From Octopus vulgaris (Eukaryota), in the NCBI GenBank assembly GCA_951406725.2, contig OX597814.1:177692001-177756000 (forward strand): DNA of 64,000 nucleotides. Direction: 5' to 3'. A program made the translations under genes and the position numbers. Positions 38,733 to 52,810 of this stretch are shown in pieces. The notes below the pieces were generated by a model, which saw nothing but the letters and a program-made list of their open reading frames with translations, did not search any database and was not told where the DNA came from. Every line of letters starts with the position of its first letter. Position 1 is the stretch's first letter.

Positions 38733-38781
38733 CATACATACACATATATATATATATATATATATACATACATACATACAC
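38333..38781. repeat. Compound (TA/TACA)n microsatellite
   Basis: Direct reading. Confidence 0.95.
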
Positions 38782-39037
38782 AAAATTTGATACTGATTAG
38801 AAGATCGTAAATCCACCTGAAGATTATCGGTAGCAGACATGAAACATTTGTAGTGGCGGTTTATTTAATTTATATTAAAATTTTATGTATTGATTAAGTC
38901 TTTCCTTGTTTGGTTTTAAAATAGTGGTTTTGTCTCGAATTATATTATATAATATTTTACTATAAAATTGGATTTAACCCTAAATCTGATTTTTTCCCTG
39001 TAATTTTGGATTCATTCCCTAATATTTATTATTATTA
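38782..39037 (+). mobile_element. Short non-coding hammerhead-bearing element (solo PLE pseudo-LTR-like) between two TA-rich microsatellites
   Basis: ~255 bp of non-repetitive sequence flanked on both sides by (TA/TACA)n and containing the hammerhead motif. Confidence 0.55.
38808..38863 (+). ncRNA. Minimal hammerhead ribozyme motif (canonical core, imperfect stem II)
   Basis: CCAC [CTGAAGA] ttatc-ggtagca-gacat [GAAA] C-ATTT-G [TA] GTGG. Confidence 0.65.
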
Positions 39038-39039
39038 TA

Positions 39040-39071
<32 letters not shown>

Positions 39072-39076
39072 CATAC

Positions 39077-39122
<46 letters not shown>

Positions 39123-39442
39123 ATATGTATGTCATTGTGTATGTATGTATTCACACAGACACACATTTTATGAAGCCTAAATAGTATAACTGTGTAGATT
39201 ATGACATTAAAAAGGCCAGGTCTAAATTTGTGTATGTGCGTAAGTGTGTGTGTGTGTTTGTGTGTGTTTTAGTGCGTAAATGTTACCTGCGTATGCGTAC
39301 TAATATATTGGTGGTGCTGAGAGATAGTTGGTTCCTTGATCTAAAAAGAAAAGCTTCGAAACAAAACCTGCCATTTTATCTATATATTACTCAATTAACT
39401 TTGTACTATTGCAAACATACAGAACGTACAAACACGCACATG

Positions 39443-39519
<77 letters not shown>

Positions 39520-39550
39520 ATATATATATATATATAAATATCTGTCTCAG

Positions 39551-39619
<69 letters not shown>

Positions 39620-39673
39620 AAATACATATATATGTGTGTACGTGTATGTGAGCATCAGTGTTCGCATCAACAT

Positions 39674-39754
<81 letters not shown>

Positions 39755-41434
39755 AGTGGATGTGTGCAAGCATGTCTGGCTATAGTTATCAGCAGGATGT
39801 TATTCTTTACATTACAACTGCTTATTTTGCCTTACAACAGCTCTTCAGTTAATGTGTGTTATGGTCTATTATTTCACCCTCATATAATTTAGCTCTTTTC
39901 TTTTCTACCTTTCTCAAATTTTCTGATATTGCCTTCATCTTTTCCTCATGGCTTTTTTGTTTGCTTGCTTGTACTTGTCTTGGTTTTTATTACAAACATT
40001 TTTTTCTCTTCCAGTTTCATTACATTCTTATCAATTTTCAAAGCGTTACTTGTTTTTGGTTCTGATCCTCGAATTATAGCCCTTGTTCAAAATTAGTTTT
40101 GCTTGGCTTACGGTGTCCTTAACGACAAGGCCTGACCTTCCTCTAGGCCGTTCTAGTTGATTCCATATAGAGGCATTTGAACTTAGTTGTTCTTTAATTC
40201 TCAGCAAAAATACACGCTCGTACACATACACATGCGCATGCACGCACACACTTGTGTACGCGCACACACATGTGTACGCGCACACACACATGCACGCACA
40301 TACACGCACATATGTATGTGTGTATGTGCGTGCGTGTATTGCCTTTGGAAATAAAAAAGAAAGTATTTTGTTGCACAGATATCATTATTAGTTGAAGTGT
40401 GATAACCTATGTGTCAGACCATTTCGTTGAGAGTTGATAGAAATTAGTCAGGACTAAAAGAAATTTAGAATGACAGATATGAACGAGTAGACCAATTTTA
40501 AACAGTGAGAAGTGATCACGTTAGAAAATGGTATTGAGGCAACGACCATATCGTAACTCCGACCCTTGCACTAAAATGCGTTATCTTTAACTCAAGAAAA
40601 AAATTATTTTTGTTATTCCCTTTCCTGACCAGCAAAGCAGACGCAATTATTACTTCCCTCGTTGTTGTCTACAGACTGTTCCATGATCTAACAGTTACGT
40701 GCTATAATTGTAACCATATAGGCACTTGGGAGAAAGTGACAGGACATATGGCATATTTTTTGGTGATATGATCGTCTAATATTCCGTATGGGGTCCCTCT
40801 GCGTGTTTACATATTCTATGTGAGTAATTGATAGAGCCTTAGACTCTATCAATTGGTGTTTGGTCGGCTGTATGTAATCTGAATTCAAATCACGCCGAAG
40901 AATCATGTGCCTTTCATCTGCAGAGGTCAGTATGACTTATGCAAATTGAGGGGCGTCTATTAATGGAAATTTAAGAACATTTCAGCTGATACCTTGCCTT
41001 CGCTTTTACAGTTCTTTGCAATCAAATTTGAAACCTCAATTGTTTACTTGGTTGATAGACTTAAAGCAGCACACCGTTTCACATTGTCAGTTGATATATA
41101 TATATATATACATATCTATATATATATATAGATATGTATATATATAATGGATGAGCATTAATATTTAAATATATACGTTCGTGCAGTCATGTGTATATAT
41201 ACTTTAACATTTTCGTATATTTTGGAAACATTTTCATTTGAGCAAAATCCAAATCCTAGATGCCCAGTATATGACGAATTCAAAAGCATAGGATTAAAAA
41301 CGTGAATGGAAGTGATTGACAGAGAAACGAAGGACTAGTAAGGCAGATGTGGAAAGAAATATGAGAGAAAGCGAGAGAGAGAGAGAGGGTGAGATGAGAA
41401 GGTAGAAAATGTAGGAAGGTATATATATTCTCTT

Positions 41435-41626
41435 CTACGAAACTTTTTGGGAGGGGGCCATTCGATTACATCGACCCCGGTATGCAACTGGTAATAAATT
41501 TATCGACCCCGAAAGGATGAAAGGCAAAGTCGACCTCGGCGGAATTTTAACTCAGAACGTAACGGCAGACGAAATACCGCTAAGCATTTCGCCCGGCGTG
41601 CTAATGTTTCTGCCAGTTTGCCGCCT
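41435..41626 (-). mobile_element. Family-A SINE with TSD
   Basis: Head and core match; AGGTATATATATT at 41417 and 41632. Confidence 0.85.
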
Positions 41627-42459
41627 TCGGGAGGTATATATATTGTCTTGCATCAGGTAATGATCTGTATTAAGATGCAATAACTGTTTACTCTGAGATT
41701 TTATTGCACGGATTGTCTTTTTATTTTCCATAGACAAATAAAACCTAAAAGTGAAAGTTTACAGGATTTATCTCTTCTTGTTTACAAATGCCCTATCTTC
41801 AAATTTTTGCCAGGATTGATTTTATTTGATTCTATTGCATGGGAGAAATCGAGATTTATAAAACGACTCTAAATAATTAACCTGGCCAAAATGTATCCAA
41901 GAGTAACAAAAACAAAATTTAGCAACGGCAAAATAAAAGATACGCACAGAGAAAAGAAAAATTAGAAGAAAAAGCGACCAAAACTTCAGTTTGCAGTTTG
42001 TAATTCCTTTCTCTTGCAATTCCACTTGTTACACCAAAATAATTTTTATGCGTTTTATATTTGGATTAATACATTAATTACACGAAAACCTTGTTCGAAG
42101 ATAAAATACATGAGATGTATTTAGTTATTTGTTTTTAAATTTAGAAACAGCGAGTTGAAATTAGAATATAATACTTCAATTTAAGACGCTTGACAAATAT
42201 ATTTTGACTTGTTAAATTTTTATTCACTCATTTATTTCGTTTCTTTTATAGTTTTTTTTCTTTGAAATGCCTAATCTTAATCTTGCCAGATGTACATGCA
42301 TTCCCCCCCCAAAAAATTTATACCGAATAACACAAGACAAATCAAGGCTATGTATGCATGGATTTATTGGCTTAATACTAAATTAAAGTTCGAATTCCAG
42401 TAGATTTGAAATATTAAAGGCTTCAGTTTTAATTAATATTTAAATAAAGAAATTAAAAG

Positions 42460-42488
42460 GTAATAATAATAACAACAACAACAAAAAC

Positions 42489-42526
<38 letters not shown>

Positions 42527-42540
42527 TGATAATAATAATG

Positions 42541-42572
<32 letters not shown>

Positions 42573-42592
42573 TAATAATAATAATAATAATA

Positions 42593-42632
<40 letters not shown>

Positions 42633-42735
42633 TAATAATGATAATAATAATAATAACAGTGATAGTAGTAATAATACGTAATTCAACAACAGCAATAACA
42701 ACAATAATAATAGTAGTGGTAGTAGTAATAATACG
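42460..42735. repeat. (AAT/AAC)n microsatellite
   Basis: Direct reading. Confidence 0.95.
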
Positions 42736-43048
42736 TAACTCAACAACAAAGTTATAATTCTGAACGCAATACAGAGCAACAACGAAAGAGATATCTATTG
42801 AATAATTTGGATAAAAGAATGTCCTCTACGCAAAACATTCACAAAACAAATGATGATAATGCTAATAATAAAGTAAACAATCCCAAGCAAGCAAGAAAAA
42901 TATAACGAATTTAAAAAATAAAAATACCTTGATAAAATTTAAGTCAATTCAGTTTTGTCACATATATTGAATTATTCTGTGGATCAGATACGTGCTGTCA
43001 TGATATAATGAGGGCCATATCGAGATTTATCATAATCACCACCATCGA

Positions 43049-43082
<34 letters not shown>

Positions 43083-44629
43083 GTTACTTCTGCTTCTGCT
43101 GCCCCTGGTTTACTGGATAAAATCTTCAAAGACTGGTGAAATATGAGGTGCAATGGTTGTGCTTAAGGAATGATTACCTGATGCCACACCCTCTTCGTTT
43201 ATATACAGTAAGGACAAAGTCGGTACATGTATGGCTATGTGGTTATGAAGTTTGCTTTTCAGTTATCTGGTTCTGAGTTCGAACTATTCTACGACATTTT
43301 GATTAGGTTAAATCTACTATAAGTTCACAACGACTAATACAGTTTGTGTAGAATTTGGTAGGAGGTAAGTGTGCAGCAGTTTTTCCTCTCTCTTTCTCTC
43401 TCTCCATCTCACTCTGTTACTTTGAATGTGTGGTGTGTGTGTATGTGTGAGTGTGTTTGCTGGCTGGTAAAGACTAAGTGAGAAGGAACTTTGAAATAAA
43501 TGACGTTTTACTTTTATTATTCAGTCACTTCATCAGTAAATAATCTGTCGTCATCCTTAAAATTGTCTTAAGATAATAACCACAACATGCCTGCTTGCAT
43601 GTAAGCATGCATGTATGTATGTATACATATAAGTATGTATGTATAAACACGCACAGCGATATATGTGTGTATATGTGTGTATGGATATGTGAGTGAGTGT
43701 GTGTGTACCTTTCGCCGATGCGTCAAATGTAAAATATTGATTAGAAAACGGAACAAGTTATGCTTTTGGACGAAGATACATTTGTTTGTATCGTCTTACA
43801 CATACCCACTACTCACAGCTGGGGATGTGGCACCGATGTCGCTATTATTTTGCTTATATGATATGGTTGAAAAATATGTAAGGGAACCTTGATAGTGAAT
43901 GCTTGGGATGATAAACATTGAGGTATGCATTCAGTGAGTGAGAGCTCAAAAAGAGGTTTTCATTTCCTTTTCTAAGCTATCTATTCGGTGAATATATTTG
44001 AAATGGTCAAATCAGTGTGTTATATTTCTTTAGAAATAGAACACATTGGATCACCTAGGCTACAAACGATGAGAGTATCGCTTCGATGGAATGCCTATAA
44101 ATATAGGTTGACTAATTTAAGACCAATATGTCAATAAGCAACAAAAGACAAACATCGCATGTCTCTAAAAATCTATGACCTAGGAATAACCAATGGTAGG
44201 AACCAGAATTAAGAAGACTAAGAATGAGATGTTGAAATTTTCATGAATAATCTGGGGTACTGTTTTAAGAGAAAATCATTACACGAGGTATGAAAGGCAT
44301 TTTCGTTAGATACGAAGATATCACACGTACATAACATGTTGGTTGAGATGTCCGAGGAGTTCAATCGACCATAACAATTGATAGTTTTATGACAGGGTTA
44401 CTAAAATTTGGATTTTCAAAACCTCTAGCGACCGTAGCACTAATCTTCAAAAAGTTACGCGTTTTAAAGTTCGTTCTCTTTTTTATGTAGATATATGGAT
44501 GTAAATTGAAGAATGCCTAGTAATTAATTACCCAGCAACACAAGGGTGACTGACGAAGATTATCAAAGCAGCATTTCGACCCACTACCAACGGTACTTAA
44601 TTCGACTAACTTCATAACGGCCCAAAAAT

Positions 44630-44830
44630 TTTGGTACAAGGTCTGCAATTTCAGGGTAGGATAAAGTCAACTGCAAATACCCCAGTGTTCAACTGGTACT
44701 TATCTTATAGACCCCGAAAAGGTCAAAGACAGAGTCGACTTCGGCGGAATTTGAACTCAGAACGTAAAGACGGACGAAATGAAGTTAGGCATTTTACCCT
44801 ACGTGTAAACGACTCTGTTAGTTCGCCAAG
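44630..44830 (-). mobile_element. Degenerate family-A SINE
   Basis: gtcgacttcggcggaatttgaactcagaacgtaa core. Confidence 0.7.
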
Positions 44831-46878
44831 TTGACCTCAACTTTATATTGGTAGGACAATTGTTCCTTCTAAAACTAAATATTCTTTTTGAATTTTAGTC
44901 ACACCACCGGAAATTTATTCAATTTTATTTCTTCCATTTAAAACATCATTTGTTTAGCATGCGAAAACTTTATTTATAACAGGACATTGACTCTATGTAG
45001 TTGCACTACATTCTAGAGTCGCCCAATGCTTCAAATCAAATCTTGCTATCTTCAGGAAACAGAACACACATATTTTGTATGAGCTGGGGTCGTGTTTAGA
45101 ACACAATTGATAACAGATTTGATCACTAAAAGGGGAGATGGGGCTTAATAACAAAATAAGTGAATAATTTCCTCTCTATGAAAATATATATAAAATAAAA
45201 TGAATCTTTTTGTGCAAACAGAAGAGCTAGTTTAATTCAATAAAGGATTCTAATATGGAATATCATAGATTCTAAATAAATAAAATATAAAATTGACTGC
45301 AGTTTTTAAATCAGATTCGTAAGGTAACAAATTAAATATAACAATGTATCAGGTCTATTATATTAGACTTTCAACCTGATGTAAATGTTACTTGCGTAAG
45401 AAAATATTGATTTCTTACGCAAGAAACGTTTGAACAGGAATTTTAAAAAGGAGAGGAATGTGAGGCTTTGGCATTCATATTTTATGTCTTCCTTACTAAA
45501 TGCATCAGTGACGTTAATAAGATAAAATGGGTAAAACTGGGAATGGAAAGAACATGGATTCACTACACCCGAAAGTATAAAAAAATTTACACATACATAC
45601 ATACATACATACGTGTATGTATGTATGTATTGATTTGTTACCTAGGTACCCTACCTACCACATATAATGTAGTTGGAAATAAGAATGTTTTATGTGCAGC
45701 AGCTGCATCTGTGATTAATTTTGGCTGTGAAGATTATTTTGTGGGATTCAATCAAATAATCATAATCAATAGTAACACAGAAAACTATTTCAGATGAACA
45801 CCGAGATAATATGGTTGTTTGATTTTATGGTGTAATTTACAAGAAGGAGTAGGAAAATCACTTATTCGAACAAATAATTTACCTTAACAAAACATATCTT
45901 TACATTTACATACTTCACATAACTCATACATTTTATCCATCATCAGACCACTCAAAATCATAGTAATGTTATCTGATAAGTGAGTGATAAGTGTAAAGAT
46001 GTCTCCGCAAACTATTCATGCAAATATTGTTTATGGGAAAATTTTCACGAACACTACAGAGTTTTCTGTAATTTCTTACATAAATGTTTCCAGATCAAGT
46101 TTGAATTTGCTGGGAAATTTTGGTTGTTTGTGACGTTTGGGAATAATATTGAATATAAAGCTCGGCTGATTACACACATGATAGGATTTTGACGTACTAT
46201 AAAACGTTGACGCATACTCTGGCCAACTAGAACAATTATATGTGATTTTGTTATTATTTTTATCTTCCTCTCCTGTAAATTGTCTAATGTATCAATTTAC
46301 CTATTTGTGTATCTACCGGTGTTCAGTGACACATTCTTGAAATGGAAATTATCAACAGAGAATACAAAACGCGATATCATAGGATATCAAAATGTCCGAT
46401 TTTTCCACCACGTGATTTCCTAGCAACAGCACTGAACGATTTTATATTAGATTTTAACATTTCTCTAAAGTATCAACGAAAGGTTATTTACAACTTTATT
46501 TTCACCCTCTAACCTTTCTACCTACATTCAATATTGTTATAATACAATTTTTTCCCATTAAAACCACAATTTTCTATTTTAACCTGCCTCATACTCATAT
46601 AATATGCACAGATAAACTAACGCACGTAGAACATAAAAATATACAATCACACACACACACACACACACACACACTTCGTATATAAAACAGGCGTGTAAAA
46701 TATAACTGAATTTGTAACTGCAATTTTTACGCTCCTGAATTTCACTTTTCTGTTCATCAGAGGGGACTAAATGACAAACTGAAAGTAAAGCATTTTCTCT
46801 GCCTTTACATCCTAAGTTGAATTTCCACCGAGGTCGACTTTGCTTTCCACCGTTTTGGGCTCGATGAAATTAAGTACA

Positions 46879-46907
46879 TATCCATCCATCCATCTATCTA
46901 CCTACCA

Positions 46908-46992
<85 letters not shown>

Positions 46993-46993
46993 C

Positions 46994-47044
<51 letters not shown>

Positions 47045-47186
47045 CCTACCTACCTATCTATCTATCTATCTACCTACCGACCTATCTACCTACCTACCTA
47101 TCTACCTACCTATCTATCTATCTAGCTATCTATCTATCTACCTCTCTATGTATCTACCTATCTGTCTATCTTATCTATCTATCTAT
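46879..47186. repeat. (ATCT/ACCT)n microsatellite
   Basis: Direct reading. Confidence 0.95.
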
Positions 47187-48863
47187 TTGTTAATTCATGT
47201 GTATAACATTTAGATATTGCCTTGATAATAATATACATATGAGATCGTTTAGATATATATTCTCCGTGGATATACGTCAATGTATATGCACGCTGATAGG
47301 TTCGCATGTACAATGCATCGAACTATAACTGCAATACATTCAATCATCTATTTTATAATTTCTATTAAATTAAATGTCATCTGCATAATATTCTGCTTCA
47401 AGTCTGCATAGTGGCGGTCATTAAAATCCGTATTATAATTTAAATTTATATTAAATATCTACAATTAATTTTACGATTAAAAGTACACACATACACACAC
47501 ACACATACACAAATCACATGGATTTGTTTACTTTGGATTTCAATTTCAAGTTCATACCCATATGCTATCATTTTAAGACCATATTTTGCATCACATTCGG
47601 AAAGAGACAGACAATATCAGGTGCTGAAATTGATGAAATTGCATTGGCTCTGCCCAAAGCAGACCACGTGATGTTAGTTGACTCACAGGTGGTATATAAC
47701 ATAACATCAATAACAACTAAAGCAACACATGAGGAACTTCAACGTGCTTCCTTGAAAACCTTGTAAAACACAGTTCTATATGTCTTACTAGTACAGGCCA
47801 AATTCGCGTTGCATAGATTATCCAAGCGACTCTTTTCATTTTTACATGTGATTAACTTTGGTTACTTATAGAGAGACAAAGACAGTCATAAAAGACAGAA
47901 GGGTAACAGAAACAAAATTCGGAATAGCAGAAAAACAGAAACTTTGAATGACTCTTAGTAGGACAAGAGGCATATGCACATTCGCATATAGTTTCTTACA
48001 TAAACAAACATAATGAAATTCCTATTTTAGATATGAATACATCTACATAGGTATAGATGTTTTGTTAATTAAAATATCGTCAAATATGAAGCCATAAATG
48101 CGTGAAATATGAAAATAACATAAGACACTTTTCAAAGACAGTTTTCACAGATACATTTAGTCCGGTACTAGCCTTTCTTTTCGTGAGATGATTAACAGAA
48201 CATTCGTTACTGGACTCTTAAAACGTCTGTAAATTATCGTTATTGGACTCGGTTAAGAAATAATATCACAGTACATTATTGCATCGAGTCTTTAACTTAT
48301 AGCACCGGTTTGTATGGTGTAGAAGTAATGGAAATCGTAACATTTCTTATGAACGGAAAACTACTCAATCAAATGGTTATTAATAACTGAGTGAACTCGA
48401 GCAGAGTGAAATGAAATGTTTTGCTCAAGAACACAGCACATTGCTCGGTCTGGGAAAGGAAACCACGTTCTTCCGATTACACGTGCAAAATTCTACCCAC
48501 TTGGCCATACGCCTACACAAGAATCTATTCATAACTATTTCAATGATTTCTGAAATCTGAAAATGAAGGGAAAAAAATTCAGTTACTGTTGATAAATATC
48601 ACACATCGTAACATAAATAATCGAATTTCAGTTATCTTATTAGTTTCGCTGATCAGACTGTTTTAATGATCAGCAGTACTTTCTAATATTTTCGTCGATT
48701 ATATTTAATGGATATTGTCGATCGAACTATCACTTCTCACAAGCGTTAGTGGTTTTGTAACAAAATTTCAGAAATTATTGAAACATAAATATCTCGAAAA
48801 ATAGGGATTGAAAATAATTCAGACAGAATTACAGAAAAACATTGATCGGGTATTTCTGCATAT

Positions 48864-49065
48864 GACCACCAGGAAAAGTGCTTTCTGATCGAAGTATCAT
48901 CGCTAAAAGAAATAAAGTAAGTATCCAGATATGCAAATTTCAAAATAGAGATAAGCACAATATAATATAAAAACAATATAATCTTCTGTAATAAAAATAT
49001 GTGTATCGGAGATCATCAAATAAAATATAGATAAATAATTGTCCTAAACCCCAGGTCTTATGCTT
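48864..49065 (+). mobile_element. Degenerate 3' fragment of a restriction-like-endonuclease (R4/NeSL-type) non-LTR element
   Basis: DHQEKCFLIEVS-SLKEIK*VSRYANFKIEIS resembles the RLE C..IDV..K..KY..L..EI region. Confidence 0.5.
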
Positions 49066-49115
49066 ATGCACAATGCCGAGAAAATTGAAATATAAACACT
49101 TCACATATGAATACA

Positions 49116-49504
49116 CTAGCAGTATCGCCCGGCGTTGCTCGGGTTTGTAAGGGAAATAACTATAAAGCATTTTTAGAGAGTTATAGCCAAAAAAATAGCA
49201 AAAAAATGGAAAAAAAAATATGGTAATTTTTTTTTTTTGTGAGTTAAAAAGGTCGAGTTGCGTCTCCTAGACAGTCTGTGGTTTGTGTTTCTGATTCTCG
49301 ACCCCATGTCGAATTTATCGATTTTTTTCAGAACTGGGAGAACTTTTCAAAATTTTCGCTGCGTTAGTTTTGAATTATGACATTGGGCTATGTGTTTGTC
49401 AAGTTTTAATCAGAATCGGTTGAAAGCCGTGGTCAGGGTGAGGGTACAACCTAACAGACACACAGACACGCAGACAGAAAAACTGCCGTTTATATATAGA
49501 GAGA
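49116..49504 (-). mobile_element. Non-autonomous Helitron (same family as 15087-15469)
   Basis: Reverse complement of the first copy; TC..CTAG termini and an A^T target. Confidence 0.85.
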
Positions 49505-49736
49505 TGGAATATAACTGAAAAATAAAAGGAATCTAAACAAAACAAAACACTGCACGCTCGAATCTCACAGAGTTGTACCAGTTAACAATGCGAAAATATT
49601 GAATGAATTATGATTACTGAATAATGGAAATGCTGTCAAATTTAAGCACAAGGACAGCAGGTCCGGGGGAGGGGATAGGGTCAATTACACCGACTTCAGT
49701 ACTCCACTGGTACTTATGTTATCACTCTCAATAGGA

Positions 49737-49775
<39 letters not shown>

Positions 49776-49989
49776 GCCCTAATGAAGTACCAGGCAGATT
49801 TGCTTGCCAGTTGCTTGAGCATAACCAGCAGATCATGTGACTTAGTGGCTGGCGATTAAGTTCATCTCTGATCACGAGCAGGAGTAGTTAGGGAGCATCA
49901 TAGCCATGCATTGAGAGGAATTCTTTCCATTTTGAATGATACTTATCTGGAAACAATGTTGTATAATAATAATAATAATAATAATTTTG

Positions 49990-50300
49990 ACACAAAGTCA
50001 GGAAGCTCGGGGAGAGGAGGGCATACATCGATTACATCGCCCCCATTGCACAACTGGTACATATTTTATCGACCTCGAGAAAATAGAAAGCAAAGTCGAC
50101 TCCAGCAGAATTTGAAATCAGAAAGCAAAGACGAATAGAATACCGCTAAGCATTTAGCCCGATGTGTTAACGATTCTGCCAGCTTACCGCCTTAATAATA
50201 ATCCTTTCTACTATAAGCACAAAACCGGAAATTCTATAGACTAGTGGATTCCATCGGCCCCAGTGCGTAACTGGTACTTATTTCATCGACCCCGAAAAGA
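49990..50300 (-). mobile_element. Family-A SINE plus an adjacent partial copy
   Basis: caaagtcgac..gaatttgaa..taccgctaagcattt..ctgccagct..ccgcc. Confidence 0.7.
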
Positions 50301-51205
50301 AAATCGGAAAACTGTTTTCTTTCTTCCGAGCCTACTTACCGAAATTTGATTTAGACAAGGCATAATTAAAATGCACGCATAGAAAACGAGATATTACACA
50401 AATTGGGAATTACTAGAAAATAGCCACGGTGGGGTTCAGGAGAAATATGCAGAAGTAATCAAAAACAAACTGATTTGTAAATTACAGAAATGTATATAAT
50501 GAAACAATAAAATAGATATTAGATGCTAATGACATTGAAGGGGGAAAATGATTGGATTGGGACAAAGAAATAAACAACAACAATGGAAAAACAGAGTCAA
50601 AGTCAATATACTAAAGATAAAAAGACAATCAAGGAAAATCTTTCAGTGCTCAACATTGTCACAGTACAATAACACTTAAATTTTATATTTTATATATTGT
50701 ACACAATTATTACACACTACTGTAAGACAACTTGTATTAAACATATTCTAGCAGATAATTTTTTCTCGGGGCGGCGTACTGGCAAGACAGTCCGGTAAAA
50801 TACTTAGCGGCATTTCGTTTCCTCTTTATCTTCTGAGGTGAGATGCCACCGAGGTCGTCTTTGCCTTTCATTCTTTCGACTCCGCTGAGGTCGATATAAT
50901 CGACTAGCCACGTACCATAAAGAAATGCTGGCCTTGTGACAAAATTTGAAACTGATAACTCTTTACACAATAATACAATTTACACAGTACGTATCTATAC
51001 AATTAGCTTACTGTATTATGGAGTTATTTCACAACAGAGGAGAGAAATCGCATAACGAAGTACTAAAACTAACGACAGAAGCAATAAAAGAAACTCCATA
51101 AAACATTAAACGTAGAAGTAACTCAATCACACGTTACCTGACGTAGGCAATGCTATACATCACACAAGAACGAATGCCAGGTCACCTACAGATGCTGTGA
51201 AAACG

Positions 51206-51250
<45 letters not shown>

Positions 51251-51468
51251 GTTGCTACTACTACTGTTGCTACTGCTGCATCCATGTTTAATAGGCTTAG
51301 GTCATCCCTTATGAAATTTTGCAAAAATTATAAGATAGGTTTTAATAGAGTGTCAGGGAAACTACTCCGTGTTTCACAGGACAGCCACAACTGATTTTAA
51401 TTCGAAACTGCTGAAAAGGTATTTGTATGCAGACTGAGGGTGATACTTTATACCCATCATTAATTGTA

Positions 51469-52039
51469 TTAGTTTGTCCGGAATGTTCGTGCCGATTTAT
51501 AGTAGCTTAACTTTCAACGTATTTCAGAACATGTTTGAGTCTATAGAAAAGGATTTGACTACACCTCCATTTAGAGCACAGTTTAAGCTATCTTTTCGTG
51601 AAAAAAGGTTTATGTTCCTATAACCTGTGTTAATTCTGTAACCCTTTAAAATGGAAGATAAGAAAATTCCTTTTCGGCACTTCATGCTTTTCTTTTTCTG
51701 TGAAGGAAAAAATGCTTCACAAGCAACCAAAAACATATGCGCTGTTTACGGTAATGTTTCTTTATCCTATAGAACTGTATGGAAGTGGTTCGCAAGGTTC
51801 CGAGCTGGAGATTGTAGCCTTATTGATAATGAGCGATCAAGCAGACCATCCACTACAGATGATGACCAAATCAAATCATTAATTGAGAATAACCCACATT
51901 GCACAACCCAAAAATTGGCAGAAAGCCTCAACCTATCAAAATCCGTCGTTCATGAGCACCTGGTAAACCTTGGGTAATAGCAAGTATTTATTAACCTTCT
52001 TTCTTTTAAAATTCCACATGAACTTTCCGGACAACCCAA
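51469..52039 (+). mobile_element. Internally deleted mariner (keeps the transposase N-terminus)
   Basis: TA TSD; TIRs TT(A/G)G(T/G)TTGTCCGGAA..; HTH ORF at 51651-51977. Confidence 0.9.
51651..51977 (+). pseudogene. Truncated mariner transposase (N-terminal HTH domains)
   Basis: FRHFMLFFF.EGKNASQATKNICAVYG..RTVWKWFARFRAGD.SL.D.ERSSRP..IKSLIENNPH.TT.KLAE.LNLSKS.VHEHL..LG*. Confidence 0.85.
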
Positions 52040-52348
52040 TATTATGTTAGTAGAATTTGGAAGGTACTTAGAAAAAGAAACTGGTTTTGGCTTTAAAGTT
52101 CCTTAGCTAATTAATTAATTTATTAGTTAAGCCTTTTCCGTGTTGGTTTATGAAGTTGTTAAATATATACATCGCTTTTGTTTTTGATAGTCGTTTATTT
52201 TTTCATAGCGGGTGATGACTTCAGCATTTTTGCATTCTTTCATATTCATAATAATAATAGCGTTTTCCTTAGCTTCTTTTATAACTTATTATTGTTATAT
52301 AAGTCATATATAGTTTTCCATTCCCTTCGACTATTATTCAACTTCTGT

Positions 52349-52810
52349 TTAGTAAGTGGAATTCATTTTATGGAAGACGGCTATAAACTCATAAAATTTG
52401 CCTAGTGTTTTGTTTCTTCCTTTTGCTTTTGTCTTTCCAATGGATTGATACTTGTTTTCTTTATCGAAAATTTCTGTAAATCTTAACTTTCTACAAATAT
52501 TTGAGATTTCTTCTCTTGCTTCACTGAGGTTAGAATACTGTAGCGTCGAGGTAAATTTTAGGCCGTTTGAAAGGATTTGGATTGGTACCTTTGAGAGTTT
52601 TAAGTTGGAATGATTTATTATCTTAGGTATCTTGCCTTTATCTTGTACCACTGGATATCTTAAAATCTTTCTTCTGGGCTTAAAAAAAAATGGTTTGTGA
52701 CTTTCGTTTTTTGGCGCTGTGCTCCTATATTCTGTTTCTTACCAGTTTTATGGAATAATTGTTATCTTTTGTATATCGGAATAAAGTCTGTTCATATCTA
52801 CGATAATTTC
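52349..52810 (-). mobile_element. PLE N-terminal fragment
   Basis: ORF 52349-52651 (KIINHSN..ILSNGLKFTST..ICRKLRFTEIF..KGRNKTL) matches the N-terminus of the intact PLE. Confidence 0.85.

Noticed and set aside
38271-39892. Long ORFs rich in YI/CV/HT (also at 12501-12829, 14508-14917, 25237-27620, 34353-34692, 36074-37463, 57853-58280)
   Set aside because: They are translations of stop-free microsatellites.
47518-47766. 82-aa ORF as a possible host exon
   Set aside because: No recognisable domain and no convincing splice context.
48636-48680. GCTGATCA/TGATCAGC hairpin followed by GAAAC on the minus strand
   Set aside because: No recognisable first core box or stem I.
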